Shown here piece after piece: positions 37,976 through 48,124 of a stretch of DNA of 64,000 nucleotides (position 1 is the first letter of the stretch; each line of letters begins with the position of its first letter). This DNA is from a virus. Below the pieces are notes generated by a model. That model worked only from the letters and a program-made list of their open reading frames with translations. It was not told the origin of the DNA and did no database searches. The stretch lies in IMG/VR virus record IMGVR_UViG_3300028829_002503, one strand, 5' to 3'. A program made the translations under genes and the position numbers.

Positions 37976-40900
37976 ATGGCTGATATTAAAAACTTTGGAA
38001 TCCGCGGAATCGGTTCTGATGTTCAGTTTGGTAAGTCGGGTGGCCGAGTCGTATATGATTCAGGTAATTCACTTTTCAAAGTAACAACAGACGGTTCAAC
38101 GTTGGGCAACATGAATGTTGCAACTCCAACTTCGGATAACCATGCGGCAAACAAGAGTTATGTTGACTCAGTTGCTTCAGGACTTGACGTTAAACAGTCA
38201 GTTCGTGCGGCTTCTACAGGTAACGTAACTATAAGTGGTCCAGGCGCTTCAGTTGATGGTGTTTCACTATCATCGGGTGACCGTGTACTACTAAAGAACC
38301 AGTCTTCTGGTTCTGAAAACGGTATCTATGTATGGAATGGTTCGGCGTCAGCAATGACACGTGCAACTGACATGGATGGAGCCGCTGAATTTGTTGGTTC
38401 ATTCTTCTTTGTTGAAGAAGGTACAATAAACTCAGACCAAGGCTTTGTATGTTCTACTGACGGTACAATTACTGTTGATACAACTGCAATCGCCTTTACA
38501 CAATTCACTGGTACTGGTCAGTTAACAGCAGGTAATGGTTTATCTAAATCAGGTAACACATTCAATGTTAATGTTGATGATGTATATGTGAAAATTGATG
38601 GTTCAGACAATCTAACTGTTAAAGGTACTACGACTACTGGTCAAGTACTTCGTTCAGACGGTTCAGGTGGCGTGGCTTATGGCGCGGTTAACTTGACATC
38701 TTCAGACGCAGTTACTGGTGCTTTACCATTAACAAACGGTGGTTTAGGTGTTGATGCATCTGATGCCGCTGGTAAAATAACTGCTCGTTCAAACTTAGGT
38801 TTGGGCTCAATGGCTACTCAGGACGCTGGTTCTGTTGCTATTACAGGCGGTTCAGTAGACCTTTCAAGTGGTACTTTAACTCTAGCAAACGACCAAATCT
38901 CTGGTGACAAAATCTCTGGTGGTACAATTGACTCAGCGAACCTTTCAGGTGGCGCAGGCAAGACTATCTCTGGTTTCGATGTTACTATTGCATCTGGTAA
39001 AACACTAGACGTTGACGGTGCAGTTGATATTGACGCTTCATCTGGTAACATGGACGGCGTTGCTATCGGTGGAACTACTTCAGCGGCTGGTACGTTTACT
39101 ACTATGCAGTCTGACTCAGTTGATATTAATGGTGGTGCTATTGATGGCTCAACTATTGGTGCTAACGTGGCGGCAGCAGGTACATTTACAAACGTAGATG
39201 CTACTGGTACAATCAAAACTGATACACTAGACAACTATTCTGGTACAAACATTGCGGTTAATGCCCCATTGGATGTTACTGGTGATGTTGGTGTAACTGG
39301 TTCAGTTACGGCTACTGTTGCAATGGTTTCTGACACAATTAGTGAAAGAACTGGCGCGGCTGGTGTTACTGTTGATGGCGTATTATTGAAAGATAATGGC
39401 GTTACTGCAACAGGAACTTCAAACCTAACAACTGCAACAATCGGTACTGCTGATATTAACGGCGGTGCAGTAGATGGAACAATCATTGGTGCTAACTCAT
39501 CAGCGGCTGGTACGTTTACAACAATGACTACTGCAAGTGCAAGTATTACTGGTGGTTCTGTCTCAGGAACAAACGTTAACATGACTGGTCAAACTTTGAC
39601 CCTTGCTAACGACCAACTTTCTGGTGACAAAATTGACGGTGGTACAATTAGTAACTTCGCTTCAACTGGTATTGATGATAATGCTGACCAAACAGTCCTA
39701 ACTTTAGGTGCTGACGAGTCTGCTTCATTTGCCGGTGCAGTTACAGTTACTGGTGACTTAACAGTTAACGGTACTTTAACTTCAATCAATACTACTAACA
39801 CTGAAATCACTGACAACACAATTGTTTTAAACAATGGTGAGTCTGGTGCTGGTGTTACTGAAGGTTCAGCAGGTATTACTATCGACCGTGGTACTGCGGA
39901 TGACGCAACTTTCCTATGGAATGAAACTACTGATAAGTTTGAATTCAAGGTTGGTTCTTCATTAGCAGACCTAACAGTGGCTAGCCTAGCAATGACTGGC
40001 ATTGATGTAGATACTATCGGCGACCTTAGTGGTGGCGGTATTACTGTAAACGATGCTATTAACTTTGATGGTGCGGCAACGTTTGATACTACAATCGGTG
40101 TTGACACAATTAATGAACTAAGTTCAGGCGTTGGTGTTACTGTTGATTCAGTATTACTAAAAGACGGAAAAGTTACTGGTAGTTTAACTGCGGAAGCAGG
40201 CGACACAGTTGACGTTTCTGCGGCAACTCTAACTTTGGCTGATAACCAGATTTCTGGTGATAAAGTTGAAGGCGGAACAATTGCAGGCATTACAATTACT
40301 AACTTAGTGGCAACTTCGGCTGACATTAATGGTGGTACTGTAGATGCGGCAGTAATTGGTGGCGCTACTTCGGCAGCGGCAACATTTACAACTATGGCTT
40401 CTGACTCGGTTAATATCGATGGCGGTGCTGTTGACGGAACAATCATTGGTGCTAATACATCAGCGGCTGGTACATTCTCTACTTTAACATCTGCTTCAGC
40501 AGATATTAATGGTGGTGCAGTTGACGGAACTATCATTGGTGCGGCAGCATCAGCGGCTGGTACATTCACTACAATGACTTCTGATACAGTTGACATTAAT
40601 GGTGGTGCTATCGACGGCGTAACATTGTCTTCATCTTCAGTAAATATTGATGGTGGTGCAGTAGACGGTACAGTAATTGGTGCAAATTCATCAGCGGCTG
40701 GTACTTTCTCAACATTGACATCAGCATCTGCGGCCCTTACAGGCGGTACTGCTACTGGCATGACAACTGTTACAGCAACAAACCTAAACTCAGGCAATGC
40801 GACAATTACTGGTGGTTCAATCTCTGGTACTTCAATCGACTTGACTGGTCAGACCCTAACACTAGGTAATGACTCAATTTCAGGTGACGTAATTCACAAC

Positions 40901-42739
40901 GGTACTATTTCTGGTGCATCATTGGCAGGTTCTGCTGACACGATGTCTGGTTATGATATTACTGTGGGTGCGGGTCGTACAATTGATGTTTCTTCAGGTA
41001 CAATTACTTTGGCTGATAACCAGATTTCTGGTAATAAAGTCCACAGTGGTACTATCTCTGACTTTGCGTCAACTGGTATTGATGATAATGCAACTTCAAC
41101 GAAGTTAACATTGTCAGACACTACTGCAACATTTGGTGTAAATGGTGACTTCGGTTCTAACACACTAGATGCAGGTGCTTCTACTTTAGCATCATTATCT
41201 GTAACAGGTAATGCTTCTGTAAGTGGTAACCTAACAGTTTCAGGTTCAGTAACTACTACTCTATCTGAAACAGTGAACATTGAAGATAACGAAATCGTTC
41301 TTAACTCAAACGAAACTGGCGCTCCTTCACAGGACGGTGGTGTTGTTGTAGAACGTGGTACATCTGACAATGCGGCACTAAACTGGAACGAAACTTCAGA
41401 CAAGTGGGAACTTAATGTAGGCGCGGCTAAGGCTGACTTACATGTAGCAGACCTAACTGTTTCTGAAATCGCTCTAACAAACGCACTTCCATTATCAATG
41501 GGTGGTACGCATACTGATACTTCAGGTTTTGCGGCTGATTCAATGATGACAATGGACGGTTCAGGCGCAGTATCAGAACTTGCTAAAGGTTCTAACTCGA
41601 CTGTACTTAAAGTTGCGGCAGACGGTACTCTTGGTTACGGTAAAGCAGATTTAACTGCTGACGTAACTGGCACTCTTCCTATAGCGAATGGTGGTACAGG
41701 TATCACATCAGCAGGTTCTGATAATAAAGTTATGATGTCAGACGGTTCTGCATTAGGTATGGAATATGTACAGCATGTACGTAATTCATCTGGTGTAGTT
41801 GCGTTAGACGGTTCAGGCGTTACTTCAGGTTCTGGTGAATATGTTGCGATTACTAACGCAACTGGTAAAGTAACACTAACTGCCAAAAACGCGGCTAACT
41901 CTGGTGCTGTAGATATGTATCTACAAGGCCAAGGTGGCGGTGATGTATTTATTGTTGGTCAATCTGGCGAAGCCTTAATTCAAGGTGAAGACGATACAGA
42001 CTTAACAGTTGCAGGTGGTGATGCTTCAGGCGCCGATGCTGGTGACTTAATCATCAAAGGTGGTAACGGAACAGGCGGTAACGCTTCAGGTTCAGTTGTC
42101 ATTAAAGGTGGTAATGGTGGCTCAGCAGACGGAAACGTACAGATTAAAGGTGCAGATGACACAACAATCGCTACTTTTGTAGAGACTGGTAGTGCAACTG
42201 ACTCTTTAACTGTTACTAACGGTACTGGCGGTGTAGAACTAGCAATGGCTGGTGGTACAAACGTCAACATGACATTGGCTCCAAAAGGTTCAGGTATTAT
42301 TCTTGCTCCTTCGAACTATGACATGTCATCTGCGGCAGATGAAGCCCTAGCAACTAAAGAATATGTAGATGACAAAGCGTCAACTTCAGGTTCTTCTGGT
42401 ACTAGACGTGTATCATTTACTGCTAATGGTTCTTCATCATTCACAATCGGCACAATGGCTAACATTTCAGGCAAGTCTTACTATGTAAAACGTGTTACTG
42501 CTAAAGTTACTACTCCGTTTGTTGGTGCTGATGAGTTAATCGTTTCTGACGGTACAAATACTCTAATGTCTACAACTGAGGCTGACCTTTCTGAGGGCGG
42601 TTTGTATATTGTTGACTTAGGTTTTGAAGATGCAACAACAGGTGGTGCAACTATTACTGGTACAATCCAGAATGGCGGCGCATCTGCTTCACCTACAACT
42701 GGTGTTGTGATTGTTACTGTAGAATACAAGCAAATCTAA
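37976..42739 (+). CDS. Large Gly/Thr/Ser-rich virion fibre/structural protein
   Basis: 1587 aa; GLDVKQSVRAA..GDRVLLKNQ..ENGIYV module; many DINGGA(I/V)DGT.IGA repeats. Confidence 0.75.
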   Translation: MADIKNFGIRGIGSDVQFGKSGGRVVYDSGNSLFKVTTDGSTLGNMNVATPTSDNHAANKSYVDSVASGLDVKQSVRAASTGNVTISGPGASVDGVSLSSGDRVLLKNQSSGSENGIYVWNGSASAMTRATDMDGAAEFVGSFFFVEEGTINSDQGFVCSTDGTITVDTTAIAFTQFTGTGQLTAGNGLSKSGNTFNVNVDDVYVKIDGSDNLTVKGTTTTGQVLRSDGSGGVAYGAVNLTSSDAVTGALPLTNGGLGVDASDAAGKITARSNLGLGSMATQDAGSVAITGGSVDLSSGTLTLANDQISGDKISGGTIDSANLSGGAGKTISGFDVTIASGKTLDVDGAVDIDASSGNMDGVAIGGTTSAAGTFTTMQSDSVDINGGAIDGSTIGANVAAAGTFTNVDATGTIKTDTLDNYSGTNIAVNAPLDVTGDVGVTGSVTATVAMVSDTISERTGAAGVTVDGVLLKDNGVTATGTSNLTTATIGTADINGGAVDGTIIGANSSAAGTFTTMTTASASITGGSVSGTNVNMTGQTLTLANDQLSGDKIDGGTISNFASTGIDDNADQTVLTLGADESASFAGAVTVTGDLTVNGTLTSINTTNTEITDNTIVLNNGESGAGVTEGSAGITIDRGTADDATFLWNETTDKFEFKVGSSLADLTVASLAMTGIDVDTIGDLSGGGITVNDAINFDGAATFDTTIGVDTINELSSGVGVTVDSVLLKDGKVTGSLTAEAGDTVDVSAATLTLADNQISGDKVEGGTIAGITITNLVATSADINGGTVDAAVIGGATSAAATFTTMASDSVNIDGGAVDGTIIGANTSAAGTFSTLTSASADINGGAVDGTIIGAAASAAGTFTTMTSDTVDINGGAIDGVTLSSSSVNIDGGAVDGTVIGANSSAAGTFSTLTSASAALTGGTATGMTTVTATNLNSGNATITGGSISGTSIDLTGQTLTLGNDSISGDVIHNGTISGASLAGSADTMSGYDITVGAGRTIDVSSGTITLADNQISGNKVHSGTISDFASTGIDDNATSTKLTLSDTTATFGVNGDFGSNTLDAGASTLASLSVTGNASVSGNLTVSGSVTTTLSETVNIEDNEIVLNSNETGAPSQDGGVVVERGTSDNAALNWNETSDKWELNVGAAKADLHVADLTVSEIALTNALPLSMGGTHTDTSGFAADSMMTMDGSGAVSELAKGSNSTVLKVAADGTLGYGKADLTADVTGTLPIANGGTGITSAGSDNKVMMSDGSALGMEYVQHVRNSSGVVALDGSGVTSGSGEYVAITNATGKVTLTAKNAANSGAVDMYLQGQGGGDVFIVGQSGEALIQGEDDTDLTVAGGDASGADAGDLIIKGGNGTGGNASGSVVIKGGNGGSADGNVQIKGADDTTIATFVETGSATDSLTVTNGTGGVELAMAGGTNVNMTLAPKGSGIILAPSNYDMSSAADEALATKEYVDDKASTSGSSGTRRVSFTANGSSSFTIGTMANISGKSYYVKRVTAKVTTPFVGADELIVSDGTNTLMSTTEADLSEGGLYIVDLGFEDATTGGATITGTIQNGGASASPTTGVVIVTVEYKQI

Positions 42740-42784
42740 TTTGTGAGTAATCTAAGGTAATTATTACCATCATGGTGATAATAG

Positions 42785-42812
42785 AAAGGGGGACTTCGTG
42801 TTCCCCTTTTTT
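42785..42812 (+). terminator. Intrinsic terminator
   Basis: AAAGGGGGAC-TTCG-TGTTCCCCTTTTTT. Confidence 0.8.
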
Positions 42813-42940
42813 ACGTCTACAGAAAAGTACAAAACATAGTAATATTTGCATATTAGATAAATACTTACAGAAGTAAAATCTTTAACGACAGACTTAATTT
42901 ATTAGGGCTGACTTTATAAACAGAACGTTGAGGAACGATA

Positions 42941-44773
42941 ATGGCTGTAACTATTAATGCAAAAGGGACCAGTGTCCCTTATTTTAAGATTGGTAAATCT
43001 GGAACTACCTTCTATCAAGGAGATTCCGACCCGAGTGGTACTTATACAATAAACGCAAATGATGTTTGGTTTGATACATCAAACAACACGGTAAAATTTC
43101 GTGTATCAAATGCTTGGTCAGGTATAACAACTGCCTCAGACTTAACTGTAACCGGTGACTTAACAGTTCAAGGTACAACTACAACCGTAAACTCAACAGA
43201 GATACAAGTTCAAAATTCTTTAAAGTTTGAAGGCGCAACTTCAAATGATTATGAAACAACTTTAACAGTTGTTGACCCAACCGCAGACCGAACTCTTCAA
43301 TTACCAAATGCGACAGACACATTAGTTGCAAGAGCAACGACAGATACGTTAACAAATAAAACTATAGATTTAGACTCAAATACAGTCTCAGGTACACTTG
43401 CAGAATTTAATACTGCTATGCAAGATGATAGTTTTGTTTCTTTAACAGGAACAGAAACACTCACAAATAAAACGTTAACATCACCTAACTTAAATGCTCC
43501 AGTGTTTGGCACAGGCACAAGTAGTCCATATTTTACAGAAGTTAGATTTAATACTTCGAATATGATGAAGTTTAATCAGATGTACACAGGTGCATCTACT
43601 GGCTCATACTTTGACCCAAATGAATATCAAAAAGTTGTTACTATTATCCCAGCAGGTAATAGTGAAAACTATCAAATTATTGGACGAATTACGGCACAAA
43701 ATGCTGGCGAAACACATATAGTAAATTTCAATGCCGCACTCAGAAGTGGTGACCCATTACCAGATTTAAGTTGGACTGTAGAGTATTCAGAAGAATATAA
43801 TGGGCAAAGATATATTGACCCACAGTTATGGACAAAAGAAACAACTACTGCTGGATTTGTTTTTGCATTTAAAGTACTATCAAGGATATATGGAACAGTA
43901 ACAGTTGACATGGATGTTATTCCAAGAACTAGTTCTTTATTAAGTAATGTTTCAGTTAATAGCACACAGAATAGTGAACAATCATCTGTAGATACTGGCT
44001 ATACTGCAAATGATATGACTAGAGTGCTTAGAAGACAAGGTACAACACATACATTCTCAGGAAATATATTACCAGATACTACTGAAACATATGATATTGG
44101 TTCAAGTACAAATCGATTTAATGACATCTATCTTGCTGGTAGCACAGTTGATATTGGTGGTACAAAACTTTCTAAAGATAGTGACGGCAATATCGATATT
44201 AAAGATTCAAGTGATGTTAGAAAAACAATCAAAGCCGCGGCGATTGAATTATATGATACTGACGGTAAAAAGATTAAAATTGAACGTGATGCTACGACAG
44301 GTAAAATGAAATCACGTAAGTTTGATTCGAGCGGTAATGCTGAATCCGATACAGATGATGTTTTAGAATTAATAGACGACAAGACACCAAAATTAGGTGG
44401 TGATTTTGATGTAAATGACAATAAGATAACATCAACATCGAATGGCGATATTACAATAGCACCACATGGAACTGGTAATGTAAACATTACAAGCACAGGT
44501 GCTATCGTTATGCCAGTAGGAACAACAGCACAACGACCAGGAACAGCAGTTGTTGGCATGATGCGTTTTAATTCTGACATAGATTCTTTTGAAGGTTATA
44601 ATGGCGCATCTTGGGTTAAACTTGGCGGCATGACTCCATCAAATGATTCCAGAGACAATGGTTTAATTACTGATACTGAAGTCTTTGATGTAGACTATGG
44701 TGCTATTACTGATACTGATACAGCCTCGTATACACTAGATAGAGGTCTTGTATCTAATAGTGACACAGTATAA
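42941..44773 (+). CDS. Virion structural / fibre-like protein
   Basis: 610 aa; FEGAT.NDYETTL.VVDPTADRTL.LP, ETLTNKTLTSP, GTTAQRP..GMMRFN fibre motifs; GATAAATAC at 42856. Confidence 0.7.
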   Translation: MAVTINAKGTSVPYFKIGKSGTTFYQGDSDPSGTYTINANDVWFDTSNNTVKFRVSNAWSGITTASDLTVTGDLTVQGTTTTVNSTEIQVQNSLKFEGATSNDYETTLTVVDPTADRTLQLPNATDTLVARATTDTLTNKTIDLDSNTVSGTLAEFNTAMQDDSFVSLTGTETLTNKTLTSPNLNAPVFGTGTSSPYFTEVRFNTSNMMKFNQMYTGASTGSYFDPNEYQKVVTIIPAGNSENYQIIGRITAQNAGETHIVNFNAALRSGDPLPDLSWTVEYSEEYNGQRYIDPQLWTKETTTAGFVFAFKVLSRIYGTVTVDMDVIPRTSSLLSNVSVNSTQNSEQSSVDTGYTANDMTRVLRRQGTTHTFSGNILPDTTETYDIGSSTNRFNDIYLAGSTVDIGGTKLSKDSDGNIDIKDSSDVRKTIKAAAIELYDTDGKKIKIERDATTGKMKSRKFDSSGNAESDTDDVLELIDDKTPKLGGDFDVNDNKITSTSNGDITIAPHGTGNVNITSTGAIVMPVGTTAQRPGTAVVGMMRFNSDIDSFEGYNGASWVKLGGMTPSNDSRDNGLITDTEVFDVDYGAITDTDTASYTLDRGLVSNSDTV

Positions 44774-44825
44774 TTATACGACAAATTTAGATAAATACTA
44801 TTAACAATAGTTTGGAGATATTATT

Positions 44826-45236
44826 ATGGCAAGAATACACGGAGCCGCATCGGCAAGTGAAGCAGTTTCAGGAAATCTTAACTTTTACACAATGTATGTA
44901 ACTGAGAAAGTAAACGCAGTTCCAGGAGTGGATATTGATGCTACTGGTGATATATTAGACCAAACACAGCAAAACTTAGATGATATTGTAAATATTATAT
45001 CATTAGTTGCACAACCTATCATTATGAATGCTCCGGTTCAAGTATCACTTGGTGGTGTTGCTCCAACACTAACAGGCAATGGTTATGCTTTTAAATTTGC
45101 TGTAGAGCATGGACAAGTTTTTGAAAGAGGAGGCGATAATGTCTCAATCTTAAAAGAAATATTCTTTGGTACAACAATTGACGGAGTTACATTAGAACCC
45201 GCAAATGTAGAATTTGTAATGTCAGATATACTTTAA
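44826..45236 (+). CDS. Hypothetical late protein (136 aa)
   Basis: GATAAATAC at 44790, SD GGAG, followed by a terminator. Confidence 0.7.
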   Translation: MARIHGAASASEAVSGNLNFYTMYVTEKVNAVPGVDIDATGDILDQTQQNLDDIVNIISLVAQPIIMNAPVQVSLGGVAPTLTGNGYAFKFAVEHGQVFERGGDNVSILKEIFFGTTIDGVTLEPANVEFVMSDIL

Positions 45237-45259
45237 TTATTTTATTAAGATTTAAAATG

Positions 45260-45289
45260 AAAAAGGGAACCGAAAGGCTCCCTTTTTTT
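45260..45289. terminator. Bidirectional intrinsic terminator
   Basis: AAAAAGGGAACC-GAAA-GGCTCCCTTTTTTT between the convergent CDS and ncRNA. Confidence 0.85.
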
Positions 45290-45302
45290 ATATAAAGTAA
45301 AA

Positions 45303-45476
45303 TAGGTAGGACTTGGTTACACCTACAAGCACGGACCGAAATACCATTTCTAAACCGTACAACCTAACCCCGAAAGTGACTTCGATGTGACTCCCTCCGT
45401 TTTCCGGGTAAAGCCTGGGTACCACCCCTGGTTAGTCAAGTTCGACTCTTTTGGTAGGAGCCTCTTCCTTGCACTA
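45303..45476 (-). ncRNA. manA-motif-like structured RNA
   Basis: Minus strand GUGCAAGGAAGAGGCUC..GAGUCGAACUUGACUAACC..GGUGGUACC..GGUUA..GUACGG..CCGUGC..GUAGG..CCUAC; GC-rich island with several helices; resembles the manA RNA as I recall it (not searched). Confidence 0.7.
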
Positions 45477-45515
45477 TTAACAAAAGTTAATTAGACTTTT
45501 GCTACTTATAATACT

Positions 45516-45544
45516 AATATAGCACAAGTGATTCGCTTTGTCAA
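45516..45544 (-). promoter_or_regulatory. sigma70-type promoter for the manA-like RNA
   Basis: Minus strand: TTGACA (45544-39), 17-nt spacer ending TG-C, TATATT (45521-16). Confidence 0.75.
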
Positions 45545-45557
45545 CAACTTTTTTTAA

Positions 45558-46256
45558 TTATTTGAATATTTTTTTGATAGTTGAGCAGAAGTTGTTCCCT
45601 TTCGGCTCAGTAGGTAATGAATTCTCTTCTATCCATTCAGGAAACTTCTCAAACAGTGTTTTCCACTGAATCATTTCATTATATAAATCTACTATTCTTT
45701 TTAGATGCTCAGTGGTGTTTGGATAGTTATGTTCAGTTTTCAATTTATTGACTCTTTGTTTACATTCATTCAAATCTGCCAAATCACGGTCAACTGCTAC
45801 ATTTATCTTTTCAAAAGATTCAGCATCTTTAAATTTGTTAATTAAGAATATGTGATGCTTATTCTTTGGCTTGCCATCATAAAGAAACATAATCTCTTGT
45901 AAATCATAATATAATGCTTTGACTGGATTAATACTTTCTCTGTATCTTTTCATTATTTCTTCGATAGCAAATTCTGAACCTTCAGTAGATAAGTTTTCGA
46001 GTACACTTATAGCCAGTATATTAATACGCTGGCTACTTGCGGATAATGCTTTCTTTGATTCTTCTTTGACTTTCGCAATCACAATGTCAACAAGACGTGC
46101 TTCGGTAACATCTAAATCTCTCTTTAGATATTCTACATGTCCTGGACTCGAATGAATGATTGTTCTTCTTAGGCTATCTGAAACTCTGTCACCTTTAAGA
46201 ACTTTTTTACAGTCACGGATGAATCTTTGTCTTTCTAAATTAATAATATGATTCAC
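45558..46256 (-). CDS. Hypothetical helical protein (232 aa)
   Basis: Long ORF with SD GAGGAG; no recognised motif. Confidence 0.7.
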   Translation of the reverse strand: MNHIINLERQRFIRDCKKVLKGDRVSDSLRRTIIHSSPGHVEYLKRDLDVTEARLVDIVIAKVKEESKKALSASSQRINILAISVLENLSTEGSEFAIEEIMKRYRESINPVKALYYDLQEIMFLYDGKPKNKHHIFLINKFKDAESFEKINVAVDRDLADLNECKQRVNKLKTEHNYPNTTEHLKRIVDLYNEMIQWKTLFEKFPEWIEENSLPTEPKGNNFCSTIKKIFK

Positions 46257-46309
46257 TGGGTCTCCTCAAAACTTCTCTTACAGTATTATTTAGGAGTAAA
46301 TAGTGGATA

Positions 46310-46747
46310 TCAAAGTGACGATATAATATCTTTTATAATTTTTAATTTCTTTTTTCGAAACAATGTACGTCTTGTTCCAGGATGTAGTGGTTTGGGTATA
46401 TAATCTGCTTCTACCCATGTATATCCACCAGATTCATAATTCAATGTTGGTATAAATTCATTTTCTACTAGTACTACAAAAGAGTAGTAACTGAACTCTG
46501 AATTTCGTGTATGATATTGGTCTAGGGGATATATTTTAACAACATCATCTTCAATATTTAAATCGATTTCTTCGGATAGTTCACGTAATAGGGCTTGTGC
46601 TATATTTTCATTTTCTTCAACTTTACCACCAAAGAATGCCCAGTTTCTAGGAAACGAACCTTCTATTGTTCTTTGTTGAAGAAGTAGTCTATGAGTGTCT
46701 TTAGCGATGATGCAACCACCAGTCGCTCTAATCTTTGATACTTTCAT
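46310..46747 (-). CDS. NUDIX hydrolase
   Basis: GGKVEENENIAQALLRELSEEI Nudix box; likely start ATG 46747 overlaps the gp15 stop (TAATG). Confidence 0.9.
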   Translation of the reverse strand: MKVSKIRATGGCIIAKDTHRLLLQQRTIEGSFPRNWAFFGGKVEENENIAQALLRELSEEIDLNIEDDVVKIYPLDQYHTRNSEFSYYSFVVLVENEFIPTLNYESGGYTWVEADYIPKPLHPGTRRTLFRKKKLKIIKDIISSL

Positions 46748-48123
46748 TACGGAGTCGTTACTAATTCTAGCCTCCAATAACCACCTTCATATATTCCTTG
46801 ATATGTATCAGTCCATTCACCCTTTTCAAACTTGAATTGTTGTGTTGTGAATGTATTTTGTACATACTCTCGTGTAGAATTAGAACTAGCATCGAAACTT
46901 TTTACCCATTCTGTGCCATTATATTCTATGATGTCATTAGCAGAAACATCAATGCCCCATACACTACTACTATCAGCCTTATTCAATGTTAAATATCGTT
47001 GACCCATTGCGACATTAGGAATATTATTAAATCCTGGCTTTGCTGTAGAGGCATTAATAATTCTGTCTACGGCAGTCACAGTGTTTGTTGGTAGAGTGTC
47101 AGTGTCAATTGTAAATGCAAGTGTATCTACTGTGCCAGTAGACGATAATGTTCCGATAACATCAGCATTAAGGTCTTCTATTTCACCATGATATTTTAAT
47201 CTAAGCCTTGATACACCAGAATCTAGTGTTCCGTAATTCTTAAGAACGGTGTCCCATGAAATACTAGCATCATAATTTCCATTTGCATATGGTTTAGCAA
47301 ATACGTCTGAACCATCTTGGTATATTTTTAATGCATAGTTATCTGGTGTAACGATTACACTCGATTGTGCATTTAAATCTGCAAAAAACTCAAAGGCATC
47401 TGGGTCATAATCAATGCTATCTAAATCTGAATATGTATAAATGTTATTGATAATATTTCTAATTGTATTTTGTCTTGTTACTTGTGCTGGTGGATTAATC
47501 CAAACAGGGATTTGGAATATCATTGTTGCAATATCAATTTGGTCTTCAATGCCTGCAGGTATTCCTCTGCTTGTCCACTGTAAGTCAGTCATTTCTACTG
47601 TAGTGATTGTTGTCCAATCTATTGGATTATCGTTATGTTGAATTTCTAATGCTGGATTAAATAGTACTAATATTTGTTCAAGTAGTTGAAGTTTTTGGTC
47701 AGTGTTTGAAGTCCAAATATCAACTTGCATATTAAGTAAGTATGGAACTGGCATTAATCGTTTTACACTATATTTCTGTCCAGGTTCGCTAGTATAAGCA
47801 TTTGTAGTAGAATCAAATGCTCTTTCATTAACACTTACAGCATCATTGAAAAATGGCTCTTGTAGTCTTTGTCTATCTGGTTGTAAACTTTGTACCCAAC
47901 ATGCAATAAATGGGGCAGAGGATACTACATTTTCAGAGTTGCCTTTAAGAATAGTTGCCGCCATACGAGATACATCTCCATACCTTGAAGGAACTCGAAT
48001 ATAATAATCAGTTGTGCCATCGTTCATTTTTCTTCCAGTTTTAACTGTGAAGCCACTGAACATTCTTACAAACTGTAAAATGTATCTTCTAATCTGATTG
48101 TCATAGAAATGATTTTGTGCCAT
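46747..48123 (-). CDS. gp15: Tail sheath stabilizer / completion protein
   Basis: HFYDNQIRRYILQF, VPYLLNMQVDIWT, QLLEQIL.LFNP. Confidence 0.85.
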   Translation of the reverse strand: MAQNHFYDNQIRRYILQFVRMFSGFTVKTGRKMNDGTTDYYIRVPSRYGDVSRMAATILKGNSENVVSSAPFIACWVQSLQPDRQRLQEPFFNDAVSVNERAFDSTTNAYTSEPGQKYSVKRLMPVPYLLNMQVDIWTSNTDQKLQLLEQILVLFNPALEIQHNDNPIDWTTITTVEMTDLQWTSRGIPAGIEDQIDIATMIFQIPVWINPPAQVTRQNTIRNIINNIYTYSDLDSIDYDPDAFEFFADLNAQSSVIVTPDNYALKIYQDGSDVFAKPYANGNYDASISWDTVLKNYGTLDSGVSRLRLKYHGEIEDLNADVIGTLSSTGTVDTLAFTIDTDTLPTNTVTAVDRIINASTAKPGFNNIPNVAMGQRYLTLNKADSSSVWGIDVSANDIIEYNGTEWVKSFDASSNSTREYVQNTFTTQQFKFEKGEWTDTYQGIYEGGYWRLELVTTP

Positions 48124-48124
48124 A

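Noticed and set aside
34788-42729. Long antisense ORFs opposite fibre and head genes (e.g. 39589-40797, 23681-24523, 25551-26318)
   Set aside because: Shadow frames produced by biased codon usage in repetitive genes; no SD, promoters or motifs
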